Part shown: positions 28,062 through 38,544 of the stretch, one piece after another
How positions within the stretch are numbered: position 1 is the stretch's first letter
Layout: each line of letters begins with the position of its first letter
DNA from: Aplysia californica
Taxonomy: Eukaryota
Assembly: GCF_000002075.1 (NCBI RefSeq)
Contig: NW_004797687.1
Coordinates: 379,490 to 433,545, forward strand
Length of the DNA: 54,056 bases
Direction: 5' to 3'
The notes under the pieces: model-generated
Databases searched by the model: none
Told to the model about the DNA's origin: nothing
What the model saw: the letters and a program-made list of their open reading frames with translations, nothing else
Made by a program: the position numbers and the translations under genes

Positions 28062-29209
28062 ATATTATACACGCATACAGGTGAGTGTATATAATAATAA
28101 TAATAGATAGCTTTTGTATAACACAAATCCCAGCTCAACAGCAAGCTCTATGCACTTCACAATCCATGCTATAAAATATATATAATATAATACATATATA
28201 TATATATAAATGTGCAATTATTATTTTCATAAGAATAAGACTACCACTGCAACTCAAATGATGTTGAGTGCAGTTATCCTCTACGAGACTAAGATACCAG
28301 AAAAAGAAATTAGTATAAAAATGAGGAGCAAAAATTATCATTGAAAAAAAAAGGTGAAAATTCTTATGAATTATCTGTGGAATGTAGAACCTAAATGTAA
28401 TAAAAATAAATTCAGTTCGTAATCATTATTTGATTATATACAGTGAGTAAACTTGACCCTGTCTATAACAGGACTCAGATACAACAGAGACATCACGACG
28501 GTCCAAGCAGTCTTGTTATAGCCCAAGTCCACTGTGTCTCCCTTGATATAGCCTGAAATTTGTAATAACAAAAAGATTTCCGCATCCTATCTATTTCACT
28601 CTACTCTTGTGGCTGACTGTCTAGATACGTTTCTTCCAATATGTGAGAAAGTCTAAAAAATTTCCAAAAATATCATTCACAAAAGTTTTATATCTATGGG
28701 TACCATATATATGATTATCGACCATGAGACATTCACTTAAAAAAGAAAACTATTTAGACTTGAGACTTTTCAACAAAATTGAAAACCAACAACAAAAAAT
28801 GTACCCTGGCATGCATATTTATAAAAGGGTCTTCTCACGTGAAAGTTCTTTTGTGCTTAGGCTGCTGTTTCTTAGGGAAAATGTTGCACCACAAACTTCA
28901 CATTACACAGTCTTTTTCATCACTGTGTTCTTTTGCGAGTCTGTACGGCCGCACTGTATGAGAATGCTCAATAACTACAAACTTCACACATAAAAATAAG
29001 GCTATATTCTCTCCCACGGTAAAGGCTTTCCTCCACAGTGTGTTCTTCTGTATCTCTGATCATGGCCACTTTGTGTAAACATTACACCACAAACTTCCAT
29101 TTAGTAAGAACTTTTCTCCTATCACGTATATTTATATTATTATATTATTACATATATAGAGAGAGAGATCTATATGTGTGGGGGTTTTCATGACCCTGTA
29201 AACTATCAT

Positions 29210-29908
29210 CATCGATCATCATCCATGCCTTTCACCCCTGGCAGGGTATATATAGGCCACATACAAGCTCCTTCCATTTATCTCTGTCCTGGGCCATCCT
29301 TCCAAGCTTGTTCCAAGTGAGCTTCATCTCTCTAATGTCCCTTTCCATGCCTCTCCTCCATGTTTCCCCTGGCCTACCCCTGCCTCATGCTCCCTGTGGG
29401 TTCCACTCAATGACTGTCTTGTGATGATTCCTCTGGGCTTTCTTAAGGTGTGTTTTATCCATCACCACTTTCTTTGTCCTATTTCAACTTAGATCTTTTG
29501 TCCTGTCCTTTCCCACGGCTCTTTATTTCTTATTCTATCCTGTCACATAATTTTTAGAATTATAGAATACTCCTCATACATGATCTGTTGATGAAAATCT
29601 GGACTTTATTCAGTACTGTCTTCCAATTTTCACAGCTGTAGAGGAGCACAGACTTGACGTTGGAGATAATGAGTCAAATCTTGGTGTGCAGTGAGATGTT
29701 GGTCGCTTTCCAGACTTAACATTTGCCTCGGTTAAACCTTCACCATCGAAGACACTTCCAAGGTAGGTAAAGGAGTTCACTTCTTCCAGAGGAGTGTCTT
29801 CCACTGCCACAGCAGGGCTTGAAACTTTTCCTAGCTTCACTACTTTTGACTTGCCTGGATGTATATGTAGGCCAACATTCCTTGATAAGCTGTTGAGTTC
29901 CTTGGCTT
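29210..29908 (-). mobile_element. 5'-truncated RTE LINE with 14-bp TSD
   Basis: CTGTAAACTATCAT at 29196-29209 and 29909-29922; (atc)n tail at the left end; RTE peptide LEEVNSFTYLGS. Confidence 0.88.
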
Positions 29909-29929
29909 CTGTAAACTATCATTATTATA

Positions 29930-30902
29930 GATATCTGCATGTGCAAAGCACATTTGATCTCATACGTAAAATCTTTTGTGTGTTCTTTAATTTGTGGCTC
30001 TGTGGGCCGTTACTCCAATTAAATGACACACTACAAACTTCACACATGTAGTAAGACTTTCATCCTGTGTGTGTTCTTTTGTCTGTCAAAGCCGCCACTC
30101 TCTACAAACATTTCACCACAAACTTTACACTTTTACAAGTTGTTAAGTTTTTCTCAGGTATATGTATCATTCTGTACCTCTGTAGGCTGCTACTCCAAGT
30201 AAACCTACATCACAAACTCTACAAGTAGTATTGGGTTTTTCTACACTGTGTTTCTTTTATGTGTGNNNNNNNNNNNNNNNNNNNNNNNNNNNNNNNNNNN
30301 NNNNNNNNNNNNNNNNNNNNNNNNNNNNNNNNNNNNNNNNNNNNNNNNNNNNNNNNNNNNNNNNNAGTAGTATTGGGTTTTTCTACACTGTGTTTCTTTT
30401 ATGTGTGTAGGTGGCACTTGTGACTCCTCAAGTTACTGTTTTGTGTAAACTTTCACACACAAAATGTGTAAATCTTTTACCACAAACTTCACCCTTGTAA
30501 AGTGTTTCCCGTATTGTGTGTTCTTGTATTTACCCGTAACTTAGGCTTCCATTTCCATTATCTGTAAAGCTTTCTCCACAAACTTCATGCTTGTCACTTT
30601 CAAGTTTTCCTCCTGTGTATACTTTTTTAAAAGATAAGATAGATAAGACTTCATTATCCAAGAGGGAAATTTTAAAGTATCATCTTTGTACCAATAGAGA
30701 CAACTTCTTGTAATTCATGTTTCACCATAAACTCCACACGTGTCAGGTTTTGCTCCTTTGTGTGTTATTTTGTACCAGTACAGGTAACTTCTTGTAAATT
30801 TACATGTTTCACTTTAAATAAACTCCATACTTGTCAGGTCTTGGGTAGTTTTTTACCACCAAGTATGTTACCACTTTGGGAAAAATCCTTTCACCACAAA
30901 CT
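29930..30902 (-). pseudogene. Decayed zinc-finger repeats downstream of the intact ZNF
   Basis: Finger-codon motifs continue past the stop in a shifted frame ([15 protein letters not shown]). Confidence 0.75.
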
Positions 30903-33743
30903 TCACACTTGCAAGGTTTTTCTCCAGTGTTTTCTCGTCATATGTTCTACTCGGTGAGAAGCTCTTGTAAATCTTTTGCCACAAATTTCACACTGGTATG
31001 GTTTTTCTCCTGTGTGTGTTATTTTATGTCTTACTAGACTTCCACTTCTACTAAACGTTTTACCACAAATTTCGCACTTGAAAGGTTTTTCTCCTGTGTG
31101 TATTCTTTTATGCACTAAAAGGCCACTACTATGTGCAAACCTTTTACCACAAACTTCACAATTGTAAGGCTTTTCTCCTGTGTGTGTTCGTACGTGACTC
31201 TTCAAGTCACTGGCAAATAAAAACATTTTGCCACAAGCTTCACACTTGTAACCCCTTTCTCCTGTGTGTACTCTTCTTTTATGTTTCTGTAGGCAGCTAC
31301 TTTCCCTAAATGCTCTTCTACAAATTTCACATTTGTAGGGTTTTTCTCCTGTGTGAATTTTTTTGTGACTCTTCAAGGTCGAGAGATGTGAAAATGCTCC
31401 ACCACAAACTTCACACTTGTAAGGTTTTTCTTTTGTGTGTGTCCTTTTATGAACCTGTAGGCAACGACGTGTTACAAACCTTTTATCACAAACTTCACAC
31501 TTCCAAGGTTTTTCTTCCGTGTGTGTTGTCTTATGTATTAGCAGGCCACAACTGTGTGTAAACCTTTTACCACAAACTTCACACTTGTAAGGCTTTTCTC
31601 CCGTGTGTAATCTTTGGTGACTCTTCAGGACACTGGGTTGTGTAAACTTTTCACCACAAACTTCACACTTGTAAGGCCTTTCTCCTGTGTGTGCTCTTTG
31701 GTGACTCTTCAAAACACAGGCTAGTGTAAACATTGCGCCACAAACTTCACACTTAAAGCGCCTTCCTCTAACGTGTACTTTCATGTGTCTCTGCAGGACA
31801 CCCATCTGTTCAAATGTCGCACCACAAAATTCGCATTTGTAAGATTTTTTTTCCAAGTGTGTTCTTTTGTGTCTGTGAAGATTGTCACTCTCTGCAAATG
31901 TTGCACCACAAAGTTCACATTTGTGAGGTTTTTCATTGGTGTGTGCTTTTTTCAAGTGTCTGTGAAGGCTATCAATCTCTGCAAAAGTCGCACCACAATT
32001 TTCACATTGAGGTTTTTCTCCACTGTGTGTTAATTTATGTCTCAGTAGGCTATCACTTTTTGTAAACCTTTCACCACAAACTTCACACAAGTAAGGTTTT
32101 TCTTCTGTATATGTTCTTTTATGTTTCAGTAGATTACCTCTTTTTGTAAACTTTTCACCAACTTCACACTGCTTTTCCCTTGTGTGTCTTCTTTGGTGAC
32201 TCTTCAAGACACTCGCTTTTGTAAACATTACCCCACAAACTTCACACTTGTAGGGCTTTCCTCTTACGTGAGCTTTCATGTGTCTCTGCAGAACACCCAT
32301 TTGTGCAAAAGTAGCACCACAAACTTCACACTTGTAAACCTTTTTACCTGGGGGTGCCTTATGTCCCAGTAGGGTTTCACTTTTCGTAAATTTTTCACCA
32401 CAAACTTCACTCTCGTAAGGTTTTTCTCCTCTGTGTGCTCTTTGGTGACTCTTTAAGACACTGATTCGAGTAAACATAACACCACAAATTTCACACTCGT
32501 AAGACTTTTCTCCAGTGTGTATTTTTCTATGTCTCCGCATGGCACCCGTCTGTGCAAATGTCGCACCACAAAATTCACTGTCAGATTTTTCTCCCATGTG
32601 TGTTCTTTTATGTCTCTGAAGGCTGTCACTCTTTGCAAATGTTGCACCACAAACTTCACACTTGTACAGCTTTTTTCCAGTGTGTATTTCTTTATGTCTC
32701 AGTAGGTTATCACTTTGTGTAAACTGTTCACCACAAACTTTACACTGGAGAGGTGTTTCTTCTGAGTAAGTATTTTCCCTAACTGTAAGCCTGGGATTAT
32801 CTGAATGACCAGAATCTGTTTCTTTGTACACTTTTGGCTGTGTGGTACTAGAAGGAGACTCAGAAAAATTTACAGAACCAGAAATAGACACAGCACAAGA
32901 AAAGTTGAAACCTGAATCTTTATTCTTGACCCTAAAGCCAGAATTTGAGACATTACATTCCAGAAGAATTGGATCAGCAGAGAAAGTTGAAGTTTGGTGA
33001 GTGGATGCAACAACATCTGTGTCTGGGTTGGAACTCTGCGCCATAGACAAACCCCTTTCAGTGGAGATTTGCTGCTGTAGCCTTCCAGCCTGACTCATGT
33101 GATCCTCAACGAACATGGGCTCCTCCACATCTCCCACTTGTCCTTCTGTCTTTCCCATCTCTCCAAAGTCTGGACCCTCCCATTCAGGCACTTCCTCTTT
33201 CCCAAAAGTCTCCACTTTTGGTTTCACTTCATCATCAATGTCAGGAAAATATTCAAAATGTGGTTCAGTTTTTACCATACCAATATCTGTGAAGCACTCT
33301 GGTTTCATGACTATGACAGGTTTTATCTCTTCCTCCTCCCCAAACAAATAAATAGGCTCATCTTTTACTGCGAAACTTCCGTTTTCAATGTCTGGTTCGT
33401 TTTTTCCCTCGACTTTGACATCATACGGCCATTCAAAACCAGACTCTTCTTTTATCAATGGAAGATGGACGTCTTTTACTTTTACAACAGGTTTTTGTTC
33501 TTTGAGGTCAAACAAGAACAGAGAACTGCTCCTATCTTCAGAGTAATTTTCTCCACTTGTAATGTCATGTTTCACATCTTCCCTTAGAGCATGAGAACTA
33601 GAACTAGAATTACTTGGTGCACCTTGAAAAACGATGCCATCAATGCTCAGATTCATGCCTTCTCCAGAAAAAAGACTATTCACAGTGTCTTCCTCGAAAT
33701 TGACATTCATCATTTGTTTTTCAGAGTTGGAAATGTCAGCCAT
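30903..33743 (-). CDS. Tandem C2H2 (Kruppel-type) zinc-finger protein, 946 aa, 22 finger units (~19 canonical), ~330-aa acidic N-terminus
   Basis: Uninterrupted ORF, AAAATGG start context, repeated CxxC...HxxxH with TGEKP linkers; upstream exons cannot be excluded. Confidence 0.93.
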   Translation of the reverse strand: MADISNSEKQMMNVNFEEDTVNSLFSGEGMNLSIDGIVFQGAPSNSSSSSHALREDVKHDITSGENYSEDRSSSLFLFDLKEQKPVVKVKDVHLPLIKEESGFEWPYDVKVEGKNEPDIENGSFAVKDEPIYLFGEEEEIKPVIVMKPECFTDIGMVKTEPHFEYFPDIDDEVKPKVETFGKEEVPEWEGPDFGEMGKTEGQVGDVEEPMFVEDHMSQAGRLQQQISTERGLSMAQSSNPDTDVVASTHQTSTFSADPILLECNVSNSGFRVKNKDSGFNFSCAVSISGSVNFSESPSSTTQPKVYKETDSGHSDNPRLTVRENTYSEETPLQCKVCGEQFTQSDNLLRHKEIHTGKKLYKCEVCGATFAKSDSLQRHKRTHMGEKSDSEFCGATFAQTGAMRRHRKIHTGEKSYECEICGVMFTRISVLKSHQRAHRGEKPYESEVCGEKFTKSETLLGHKAPPGKKVYKCEVCGATFAQMGVLQRHMKAHVRGKPYKCEVCGVMFTKASVLKSHQRRHTREKQCEVGEKFTKRGNLLKHKRTYTEEKPYLCEVCGERFTKSDSLLRHKLTHSGEKPQCENCGATFAEIDSLHRHLKKAHTNEKPHKCELCGATFAESDNLHRHKRTHLEKKSYKCEFCGATFEQMGVLQRHMKVHVRGRRFKCEVCGAMFTLACVLKSHQRAHTGERPYKCEVCGEKFTQPSVLKSHQRLHTGEKPYKCEVCGKRFTHSCGLLIHKTTHTEEKPWKCEVCDKRFVTRRCLQVHKRTHTKEKPYKCEVCGGAFSHLSTLKSHKKIHTGEKPYKCEICRRAFRESSCLQKHKRRVHTGERGYKCEACGKMFLFASDLKSHVRTHTGEKPYNCEVCGKRFAHSSGLLVHKRIHTGEKPFKCEICGKTFSRSGSLVRHKITHTGEKPYQCEICGKRFTRASHRVEHMTRKHWRKTLQV

Positions 33744-36700
33744 TTTTATTAATTACAATGTTGACACTACCTTTGAATTTGAAGACAGCTAGATATCTAG
33801 ATCTAGATCTAGATCGCTCTCAACTGTGAATGTCCAAAAGGAAACAACCTTAAATTAGGCCTACTTTCTTAAATTTTGCAAAACTGCCGCCTACTGAATC
33901 AACGACTACCATTGGTCAATTCAGAGTTTAAGGACGTTATTCACAAATTCCACAAGCTTGTAGATCTACAACAATTTAAATTTAAGTCCTAGATCTAGCC
34001 TCTAGACTCTCACTAGATCTAGACCGAGGATTCTAGGCCCGACTAGATCCAGATCTAGATTAGTTTGGCACTGTCACCTCAGTGAAAGTTTAGCTTTATG
34101 GGATCTTAGTGACCCTTCTCTACTTCTACACTGCACCAAATTGAAAGTAAAATTATATATATATCTATGATGGCAAGTTGAGACTGAGTCCTTTACCAGT
34201 TTTTCCAGGTTTTAACACACTAGATCTAGATCTAGACATTTATTATATCTAGAGATCTAGATCTAGATATCTAGATCTATCAGATCACAAACTGCCCCCC
34301 AAGTGTCCCGGTATTAATTACTTGGAACAATTACAAAATTATTATTGATTGAATCATAATCAAACATCAGCACACATGAACTCCTCCAAACTCTCCAAAC
34401 TTTGCACAGTAATATTCTGATCAGCAAATAAACATTTCAATGAGGATAAACCGACAAAATATTCATTTCGTGCTCCAAATTGGACAGTGCAGAATGTAGT
34501 ATGAGGATAGAGATCACCCATTGATTTTGTAAACAAAGAACTGATGAGCCGCATCGATCAAACAAGTGTGACGTGTGAAATGTGAAGAGCATAGATCTAC
34601 CACAGTTTTAGCAGTTAGCTTTGTAATAGACCGGAGAAATAAGAGCTCCCAACTTACGTGTTTATCCAATTTCGCACATAATATTTTAATTTACAGTGAC
34701 AATTAATAGCTTTTACTTGCGTGAACTCCACGCAATACGATGCTAGTCAAGTGTTGCAAAATACCTTTTCTATTATCATTGTTTGTTAAAAAGGAAATTT
34801 GGAGTTGAAAGTTTATTATATAAGCAAGAAGTAAGCATTCAGTATACATTTCTAAATAGGAATAAGTGCCTATTTGCATTGCGATGCCGATCGAGTTGCG
34901 ATTAGCTTCAGTGCTAAATGAAATGCCACATTGCGTTTAGCGCCAGTGCTAAATAAAACGCTGTGTGTTATATATAAGGATTTATCTACGCTTCGTTGTT
35001 GGGAGTTCTGATAGCCGAATTAATGGAAGAAAGATGGGTAGCCCTAAAAAATTGTAACAAAAATGAAACTTATAATATATGGTTCGACAAATAAAATTGC
35101 GAGTACAATAACATATTATATTTTAAAAAATCGGCTTTCGAAATCGTAGAGGAAATTGTTTTAAAAAGCTTTAAAAGATGTCCAAAAAAAGCAAAATTTA
35201 TATTACGACCAATGGTTTATCATATAGATCTACTTGCTTATTGACACGAGAATGTTTTCATAATTTGTACGGATTTTTCCGAAAATTATGTAATTGTCAT
35301 CGGTATCAGAGCTTTTTATGTAAAAGTATGGGAAGCCAATGTATTAAGAATTCGTTTTCTCATATCCTCAGCCGGAGCTTTTAATTTTCAGTGGATGTTT
35401 GTTTACTGTGTAATTTCCCTCTAAAGAATTTCCCCTTGTGCAATTGACACAACAAGGTGTGAATGGTATAGGGCACCGAGTGCACATTTCGTATCACCGA
35501 TCTTAAATAAGTGCAACATCTTTTTGCAAAACATAGAAAGACTTAGAGTCAGTCCAGGAAGCTTAACAGGCTGAAACGCAAACTTCGATTAAGTCTCCAA
35601 GAGTTCCTATTTAGCTCCCACTGATTGTTTTATGGTCTGAAAAGAAAACTTTGCAGTCAAGCAAAGTCATAGAGACCTATAATGTCATTCGCGTTTGAGC
35701 CGAGAGCCAAGTACGTCAGGACTCAATAAAGAGAGTTGTTTTTTTTCTTGGTTGTTTTTATGTGACTTCAAAATTGCCAAGAAGCCACCATGTTCTGTTA
35801 CATTAGAAGTTGAATCTTTAAAAAAAAAAAGACATCATTGAGACCTCAAGATGTTTTGCCGTTCATTATCGTGTATCCTGTCTGAAGGCAAATTAATTTG
35901 AGCAGATCAATATTCGGAATCTGATTACCATTTTGAAAGACCATCTGCATGTTGAAGGGCCACAGTACATATATTATGGACCACAGTACCCGAAAAAGAA
36001 AAACTGATGGGATGCAAGAAAAAGTACGGAATATTACATGTGAATTATAATTAATTAATATACGGAATCACACACAATGGGCCTGCCAGTGTCAGTAACA
36101 TGTAGGCTACATGATGTATTCGGTTTTGATGGAAACACGCTCTCACATAACGCATTTATTATTTTTTTAAATTAAAAGGTAGGAGCACCATCAAATTAAA
36201 TTATATTGACATTACGATAAACACAAAAAATAGAAAACATACCGGTATCAGAACAGTAACAAAAAAAAAAGAAAATAACCCACCAGCAAATTAAAACACA
36301 ACAAAGAGAGAAAAATAAAACAGCCATATATATATAAATAATATGTTATGTTGTACAAGACTTTTTTTCACATGAAAATAACAAATGAACGTGGGGTCAA
36401 CAAGTACATGTAAGAAAGAGAAGAAGTGAAATGGGGGTGAAAATAAACCTTCTTTCTAAAAGTAAGTAAAGAAGTTCAGTTTCTTTTTTTTTTTTCGTTT
36501 TTTTTAAACCCCGTTTTTTTTTTCGATTTTAATGCAAAAAATAGCGGCCGCGATTCGCGGACCAAAAAATGACAAAATCGCGGCCGCGACAAACGCAGAT
36601 GCTATGAGAGATATTGGCCAAAAATCGACATTAGGGTCAAATTTGTAGAGCTTCTATTTGTGCCATAGATTCTTTTACATGGTATTTGTGAACGGTTCCT

Positions 36701-36964
36701 CTTTCGTCAACCGACTGTCGGGGGTTCCATCGACTCTCGGCTCGGGCTCTTTTCTTTCCCGAGAAACAATTTTTTTATTTTTTTTTTTTTTTTGGGGGGG
36801 GGGGGGGGGGTGGGGCCGCAAGTGTTTTACGGTGCTCGCAAAACTGGCTTAGAGCTAGATCTAATTGTATACATGATGTGATGTGTACCACATCATGACA
36901 TGGGCGCGCTGGACGCATTAAACGTGGTTTCAGTCGACAATTTTTGTTGTTGAAATTTGCCCTG

Positions 36965-37330
36965 GTGGCGGCCGAAGCCTTCTACTTCTACGATTTTAGA
37001 CCAAGGGATCGCGCCCGAGACCTCAGAAATTTTCCGTCCTTGTCCGAGAAGGCTAAGTGTGGAGATTAGAGATCTTTCCTACTACATACTACTGCCAGAA
37101 GATCGGAGGGGTATGTAGCTGAAAGACAGCAGCAAGGAGCCAAGGAGATGCAGTAGAAAGGCTGCAGAAAGAGCCGGGGGGCGAAGTGGAGACGAAAGCA
37201 GACATTACAATAGCAGTACTAGAGGTGAAAGGAGACAATATTAATTTTAGAACAATGTTATTTTAGGTCGCTACCCGGATTCAAAACCTGGGACCTTTGA
37301 AATAGAGGTGAACACATCACGAATATGAAC
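36965..37330 (-). mobile_element. Truncated SINE of the 10121 family, present only in the left arm
   Basis: Reverse complement has decayed B box ggttttgaatcc, pyrimidine body and ctcggacaaggacg...gaggtc core; absent at the mirror sites ~15423 and ~47749. Confidence 0.75.
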
Positions 37331-37547
37331 TGACGGGCAGCCATGGCTATGGAAGTCGGTCACTGGCCATGTAGTAAACTGTCTGTGAAGTATAATTAAC
37401 TTAAGATCAGGAAATGGAAAAGACTAGGAAAGGTTTCAGGGCAGATAAAGAAAGGTAGATCGCGTACTAGTATAGAGCAGCATTAAGATGATCAAGAAAT
37501 GGTTTCAACTTGGATCGAAGATACAACCCATCTGGACGAATGGGGGT

Positions 37548-37563
37548 GGTCCTGAAAAGGACC
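37548..37563 (-). terminator. Histone mRNA 3' stem-loop
   Basis: Reverse complement GGTCCTTTTCAGGACC. Confidence 0.97.
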
Positions 37564-37600
37564 GTATTGTGAGGTTGCTGGATGTGGGAAAACCAGCTGC

Positions 37601-38176
37601 TTACTTCTTGGCAGCAGCCTTCTTGGGCTTGGCAGCAGCCTTCTTTGCCGCTGGCTTTTTGGCAGCAGCCTTGGGCTTGGCGGCTTTCTTGGCAGGGCTC
37701 TTGGTCTTCTTGGGTTTGGCAGCGGCTTTTTTGGCAGCAGGTTTCTTGGCGGCGGCCTTCTTGGGAGATTTTGGCTTCTTGGCAGCGGCTTTCTTGGGCT
37801 TGGCCGCCTTCTTGGGGGACTTGGGTTTCTTGGCAACTTTCTTGGCGGGTTTTTTCTCCACTTTCTTCTCTCCCAAACGGAAAGAGCCGGCAGCGCCAGT
37901 TCCCTTAGCTTGCTTCAGGGTTCCAGACTTGACGCCGGCCTTGAGGGCAGTCTTGAGACGAGCGTTGATGGCAGTGGGGTTATCACCGACCTTGTAGTTG
38001 GCCATGATGTACTTGAGGATGGCCTGGCGGGAAGAGCCACCGCGCTCCTTCAGTGCAGAGATGGCGGCAGCGACCATCACCTTGTACTGAGGGTGAGCGG
38101 CGGGGGCTTTAGGCTTGGCGGGAGCCTTCTTCTTGGGGGTAGCCTTGGCTGGGGCAGCAGCTGGAGCGTCAGACAT
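37601..38176 (-). CDS. H1: Histone H1, 191 aa
   Basis: Intact ORF; differs from the 14579 copy at two residues (VKSG, KKTKS). Confidence 0.98.
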   Translation of the reverse strand: MSDAPAAAPAKATPKKKAPAKPKAPAAHPQYKVMVAAAISALKERGGSSRQAILKYIMANYKVGDNPTAINARLKTALKAGVKSGTLKQAKGTGAAGSFRLGEKKVEKKPAKKVAKKPKSPKKAAKPKKAAAKKPKSPKKAAAKKPAAKKAAAKPKKTKSPAKKAAKPKAAAKKPAAKKAAAKPKKAAAKK

Positions 38177-38255
38177 TGTGAGTGAAAATGTGAACGAAGA
38201 CGAGGGCGGAAAATGAAAAAAGAGAGTGGTCACTTCGCAACGAGTGCTGATTCTG

Positions 38256-38544
38256 AACTGACAGATCACGGCGAGCGCTTGCTATATGACCATTTCGCGC
38301 GGACGTCCGAGAGAGCACCTACGTCACGATATTTTTTTTTTGCTGCGCCGATGTCGTCTATTTCGTTCGGCTGTGCGAATCTGTGCAAGAACATGTAGAT
38401 CTCCGAGCTACAACTTAATGCAGTTAACTGAATGTTTCGTTCGTAGTCATTCAAGGCTAGATAAATGGTTAACCAAGAAATTGTTACCCCTTTTTATGCA
38501 AATTGTGTAGTGTGCGGTGCAAAAATCAAATTTTTCTATCGATA
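38256..38544 (-). promoter_or_regulatory. Histone H1 promoter
   Basis: E2F TTTCGCGC 38293-38300, ATGCAAAT ~38497, TATCGATA 38537-38544, Inr and TATA-like motifs conserved. Confidence 0.7.

Larger units (their letters stand above)
21792..29585. repeat. Direct duplication 21792-25653 / 25754-29585 either side of a 100-N gap
   Basis: Near-identical ORF sets (e.g. 23431 vs 27387, 23870 vs 27826, 24792 vs 28724). Confidence 0.95.
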
